Shown here piece by piece: positions 60,905 to 64,000 of a stretch of 64,000 bases of DNA. The notes beneath the pieces were generated by a model, which was given only the letters and a program-made list of their open reading frames with translations, did no database searches and was not told the origin of the DNA. The position numbers and the translations under genes are program-made. Within the stretch, counting starts at the first letter, position 1. Each line of letters starts with the position of its first letter. Source of the stretch: Candidatus Bruticola sp. (GTDB lineage Bacteria; Vulcanimicrobiota; Xenobia; Xenobiales; Xenobiaceae); assembly GCA_051874735.1 (NCBI GenBank), contig JBJEGD010000031.1:98681-162680 (forward strand). Reading direction: 5' to 3'.

Positions 60905-61894
60905 ATGTATTTTTCTAAATTCAATTTAAAAAAAATCGCTTTTTCAATAGTTTTGGCTGTAGGGGTCGGCTGCTGTTTGGCTGGCGGAGCCGCTTGCAGC
61001 AATGTCGGCACTGTCGATAAAAATGAACTTCGGAAAGAGTCTAAGAGTTCTGAATCTTTATCGGTTAGTTCGAGCGAGCATAGAGTCTCAGAACAGCCAG
61101 TGCTTACTCTAGCCACCTGGAATTTAGAGAATTTTTTCGATACGGTTGACGACGATTATAATGATGATGTGCTTACTGAATCGGAATATGCTGATAAGCT
61201 GAGTAGAGTAAGCTCTGTCCTTCAGCAGGTCGGCGCTGATGTCGTAGGAGTTGAAGAAATTGAGAACTCCCAAGTTCTGTCCGATTTAGGGCGTCGCAGC
61301 GGGTACCCTTACTATGTACTCATTCCCGGTAACGATAAAGTTCGAGGTATAAATGTAGGCGTGCTTTCAAAAGTGCCGGTGCGTAATTGCGTAACTCACA
61401 CTCAAGACAGCTTTATTCAGCCGAAAGGTAAGCGCTCTGCAGTGTTTTCCCGAGATTGTTTAGAAGTGCACTTTAATCATAAAAGTAATTTTACACTTCT
61501 AGTAAATCATTTTAAGAGCAAACGCGGAGGAGCGGCTACAGACGCCAAACGTATCGCTCAGGCTAAGCGAGTGAAAGAAATAGCTCGTTCGCTGAGTTCT
61601 TATCCTACAGCCATATGCGGCGACTTAAATGATACTCCTGAAGCTAAGACGCTTCGTCCTTTGCTTAGTTGTACTTTCCTCACCGATGTTTTAGGACATT
61701 TACCCGAGACAGAGAGGCGCAGCTTCTTTAATAGTAGGTATCAGTCAGCTCTAGATTATATTATTGTCAATGAGAAGCTCAAGCCGGCTGTAGTTCCGAA
61801 CAGCGCTATGGTTTGTGCCGATATACCCGACATAGAGAAAGCTAGCGATCATCGGCCGGTTAAAGTTATTTTCGATTTCCGCAAAATTAAATAG
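60905..61894 (+). CDS. Endonuclease/exonuclease/phosphatase (EEP) family lipoprotein
   Basis: Lipobox-like GAAC, ATWNLENFFD, GVEEIEN, VNHFKS, CGDLND, LDYI, SDHRPV. Confidence 0.88.
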   Translation: MYFSKFNLKKIAFSIVLAVGVGCCLAGGAACSNVGTVDKNELRKESKSSESLSVSSSEHRVSEQPVLTLATWNLENFFDTVDDDYNDDVLTESEYADKLSRVSSVLQQVGADVVGVEEIENSQVLSDLGRRSGYPYYVLIPGNDKVRGINVGVLSKVPVRNCVTHTQDSFIQPKGKRSAVFSRDCLEVHFNHKSNFTLLVNHFKSKRGGAATDAKRIAQAKRVKEIARSLSSYPTAICGDLNDTPEAKTLRPLLSCTFLTDVLGHLPETERRSFFNSRYQSALDYIIVNEKLKPAVVPNSAMVCADIPDIEKASDHRPVKVIFDFRKIK

Positions 61895-61952
61895 CTCTGC
61901 TGGGGCTACTTGTCTATGGCAGTAGCAGTTTTAAAGTTTGCAGACATATTAT

Positions 61953-62003
61953 TAAGCTGTGCCGCTTGTGTTGACCTGAAGCTGCACGGCTTTATGTTTT
62001 TTT
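61953..62003 (+). terminator. Probable intrinsic terminator after the EEP gene
   Basis: AAGCTGTGC...GCACGGCTT stem followed by a T-rich run. Confidence 0.5.
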
Positions 62004-62042
62004 TAGGTATGGCCGTCTTTTTATTAAAAAGGAAAAGTATTT

Positions 62043-63611
62043 ATGCTCACAATTTGTAGTTTTTGGCACCGACAGAAAAATTTTGTTTCAAAAGCGGCTT
62101 TTATGTTGGTTTTGGAAATTTTTTGCTGCTCTACTGTTTGGGCTTTGCCGACCGAGCCTGCTGCTGTTAAAGCTGTCGGTACTGTCACTAAAGTCGAAAC
62201 ATGTTGTATAGCTTGGGAAAGATCTGCTGCCAGCAAAACTGCAGATGATTCTGCGTCAATTAAAGAGCAAGTCCGCCGTTTGGCAAGCGAAACTGAAAAA
62301 ATCAGGGGATTGCGTTTTAAAGAGCCGGTTAACTGCCATTTTTGTACTCAGAATGAGGCGGGGAACTATTTGTTAGAGGCTAATCGCCAGGAATCTAAGC
62401 CTAATATCGATGAACGACGCAATCTGTTCTTTCACAATCTTGGTCTTTTGCAACAAGGACAGAATTTCCGCAATTACGCCGACTTAGTTTATTCAGAGCA
62501 AGTGCGCGGCCTTTATGATACCGTCAATAAAATTCTGTTAGTGGTGACTGATATTTTAGAAGAACCAAAAATTGATGCGATTATCAGCAAACTGCTCAAT
62601 CATTTTAATATCGATTTAAGCGATTTACTCTTAGTGCATGAGCTTTGCCACGCTCTGCAAGATCAAAACTTTAATTTAGGCCAGAAGTTATCAGCCGCTG
62701 AAGGTAATCTTGATAAGGAATTAGCCTTGACAGCTGTAGCTGAGGGAGACGCCACTAGTACTATGTTTACCTATTTGGCTTCTTCTATGGGCTTAAATAA
62801 GTACACTGTCCAGAAATATATAATTACTTCTCCTCAGTTAGTTGAAAAGGCTGTGAATCAATTTCCTCAGCTGGAAAAAGCTCCGCTGATTGTGAAAGCG
62901 GTAACGCTTATGCCTTATATGAACGGCCTCGATTTTTGTCAAGTTTTAGCTGAACAGCAGGGAAGTTCCAGTATAAATGGCGCTTTGGTTGATCCTCCTG
63001 TATCGACTGAACATATACTCCATCCTTTTAAGCATATAAAGAAAGTGGACTTGCCTAAAACTGTAGATTTCAGCGCTTTACCCAGTAATTTCGGCAATTA
63101 TGTAAGCTTAGGCGATGACACTGCCGGTGAGTACATTATCCGTACTTGGATCGAAAATTTTAATAAAGCCAAGGCTGCAGCTGTAGCTCGAGGTTGGGGT
63201 GGTGATACTTGGCGTGTTTACAGACTGTCTCGCTCAATTGGCAGTGCAAATGAGCTTAGTCAATATGCCGACGGTGAGTTGCCTAGGACTTACAGTGTTG
63301 AAAATGGAGCAGATAAAGCTAATCATAGCCAAATTAACGCGTCAGTCTCTAAATTATCAAGCAAACAAGCTTCGGAAAAAACTTCACACTTATATGGCAG
63401 TTTTAATGACAGCTTTGTTATTTGGGCTTCAATTTGGGATAGTGAAGGTGATGCTAAAGAATTTGCTGACGCTGTGAAGAATATATCAGATGTAAAGTCG
63501 GAAATTCATGCTCACGATCGCAGCGTAATTGTTCTGCTTAATGTTCCTGAGAGCCAAATCAATGCGGTTAGAAAGGCAATCTCCAAGCCTAGTATTATGG
63601 TGCGTGGTTGA
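62043..63611 (+). CDS. Exported putative Zn-metallopeptidase-like protein (HExxH)
   Basis: RGLRFK.PV, GLYD, LVHELCHALQDQNF, AVAEGDA, PYMNG, PPVSTEHILHP, GWGGD; start uncertain. Confidence 0.7.
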   Translation: MLTICSFWHRQKNFVSKAAFMLVLEIFCCSTVWALPTEPAAVKAVGTVTKVETCCIAWERSAASKTADDSASIKEQVRRLASETEKIRGLRFKEPVNCHFCTQNEAGNYLLEANRQESKPNIDERRNLFFHNLGLLQQGQNFRNYADLVYSEQVRGLYDTVNKILLVVTDILEEPKIDAIISKLLNHFNIDLSDLLLVHELCHALQDQNFNLGQKLSAAEGNLDKELALTAVAEGDATSTMFTYLASSMGLNKYTVQKYIITSPQLVEKAVNQFPQLEKAPLIVKAVTLMPYMNGLDFCQVLAEQQGSSSINGALVDPPVSTEHILHPFKHIKKVDLPKTVDFSALPSNFGNYVSLGDDTAGEYIIRTWIENFNKAKAAAVARGWGGDTWRVYRLSRSIGSANELSQYADGELPRTYSVENGADKANHSQINASVSKLSSKQASEKTSHLYGSFNDSFVIWASIWDSEGDAKEFADAVKNISDVKSEIHAHDRSVIVLLNVPESQINAVRKAISKPSIMVRG

Positions 63612-63739
63612 AATTGACGTCTGACTAGTATCAGCTTTTGAGTTTAGACAGACTATAAGTTACAGGAAATCACATTGTTTTTTTAGAAAGATAACGGGAT
63701 TTTTGCCTATTTGGCAGCTGCCGTTTGGGGTGTAGTGTT

Positions 63740-64000
63740 ATGCATATACAAATTTTGCTGCGTATTTGTGGCGATAGCGGTCGGCGTTTTATGGGGCCAG
63801 GGCCTTATGCTTTGCTGCGAGGTGTTGAAAAATATGGTTCTATACGTAAATCAGCTATCAATTTGAATATGTCTTATGCTAAGGCTCACCGTATTCTAAC
63901 TTCTTTAGAAAAAGAATTAGGCATAAAGCTCATGAACAGGTATATTGGCGGTTATGAGCATGGCGGAGCTGAGCTAACTAAGGAAGCCAGTTTGCTTTTG
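63740..64000 (+). CDS. ModE-family winged-helix regulator, N-terminal part, truncated by the window end
   Basis: Hand translation MHIQILLRICGDSGRRLMGPGPYALLRGVEKYGSIRKSAINLNMSYAKAHRILTSLEKELGIKLMNRYIGGYEHGGAELT matches the ModE HTH pattern (GPG..LL..GSI..AA..MSY..GG..GGA.LT). Confidence 0.85.
   Translation, partial: MHIQILLRICGDSGRRFMGPGPYALLRGVEKYGSIRKSAINLNMSYAKAHRILTSLEKELGIKLMNRYIGGYEHGGAELTKEASLLL

Noticed and set aside
1-64000. tRNA, rRNA, tmRNA or CRISPR arrays
   Set aside because: None recognised by eye in the intergenic regions; tRNAscan-SE and Infernal would be needed to exclude them fully.

Overview
Gene-dense bacterial chromosomal window with no rRNA, tRNA, CRISPR array, transposase or integrase that I could recognise. 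gmhB (ADP-heptose pathway), lipoprotein and Tat signals and type IV prepilins suggest a diderm; ferredoxin and 4Fe-4S genes hint at anaerobic metabolism. My impression of an under-sampled lineage such as Eremiobacterota/Vulcanimicrobiota is unverified. 1-24 kb is mostly housekeeping: rarA, nfo, an orphan OppA/DppA-type binding protein, a loop-deleted tRNA nucleotidyltransferase, a soluble Ser/Thr kinase-TPR protein, a SPOR protein, priA, gmhB, cmk-plsC-der, def-fmt, ferredoxin, metF and an M16 peptidase pair. 24.5-34.7 kb is a candidate host- or prey-interaction island: two tandem leaderless gluzincin metalloproteases, a VIP2/ExoS-type R-S-E ADP-ribosyltransferase with a small downstream partner, and a divergent minor-pilin cluster ending in a large PilX/ComZ-like protein. 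34.8-42.5 kb holds pepF, an ATP-grasp enzyme, two 4Fe-4S proteins, a HAD phosphatase, an EamA transporter and a glycine-zipper/His-Pro-Gly protein. 42.7-59.7 kb is a three-gene iterative PUFA-synthase-like (pfa) cluster in the myxobacterial order ER / KS-MAT-4xACP-KR-DH / KS-CLF-AT-DH, without the AGPAT domain and with no PPTase in the window. The end carries an EEP lipoprotein, an HExxH protein and a truncated ModE-like regulator missed by the ORF track. A ~100-nt four-way-junction RNA with a pseudoknot is predicted by hand upstream of the kinase. All protein calls come from motif recognition; no database searches were run.
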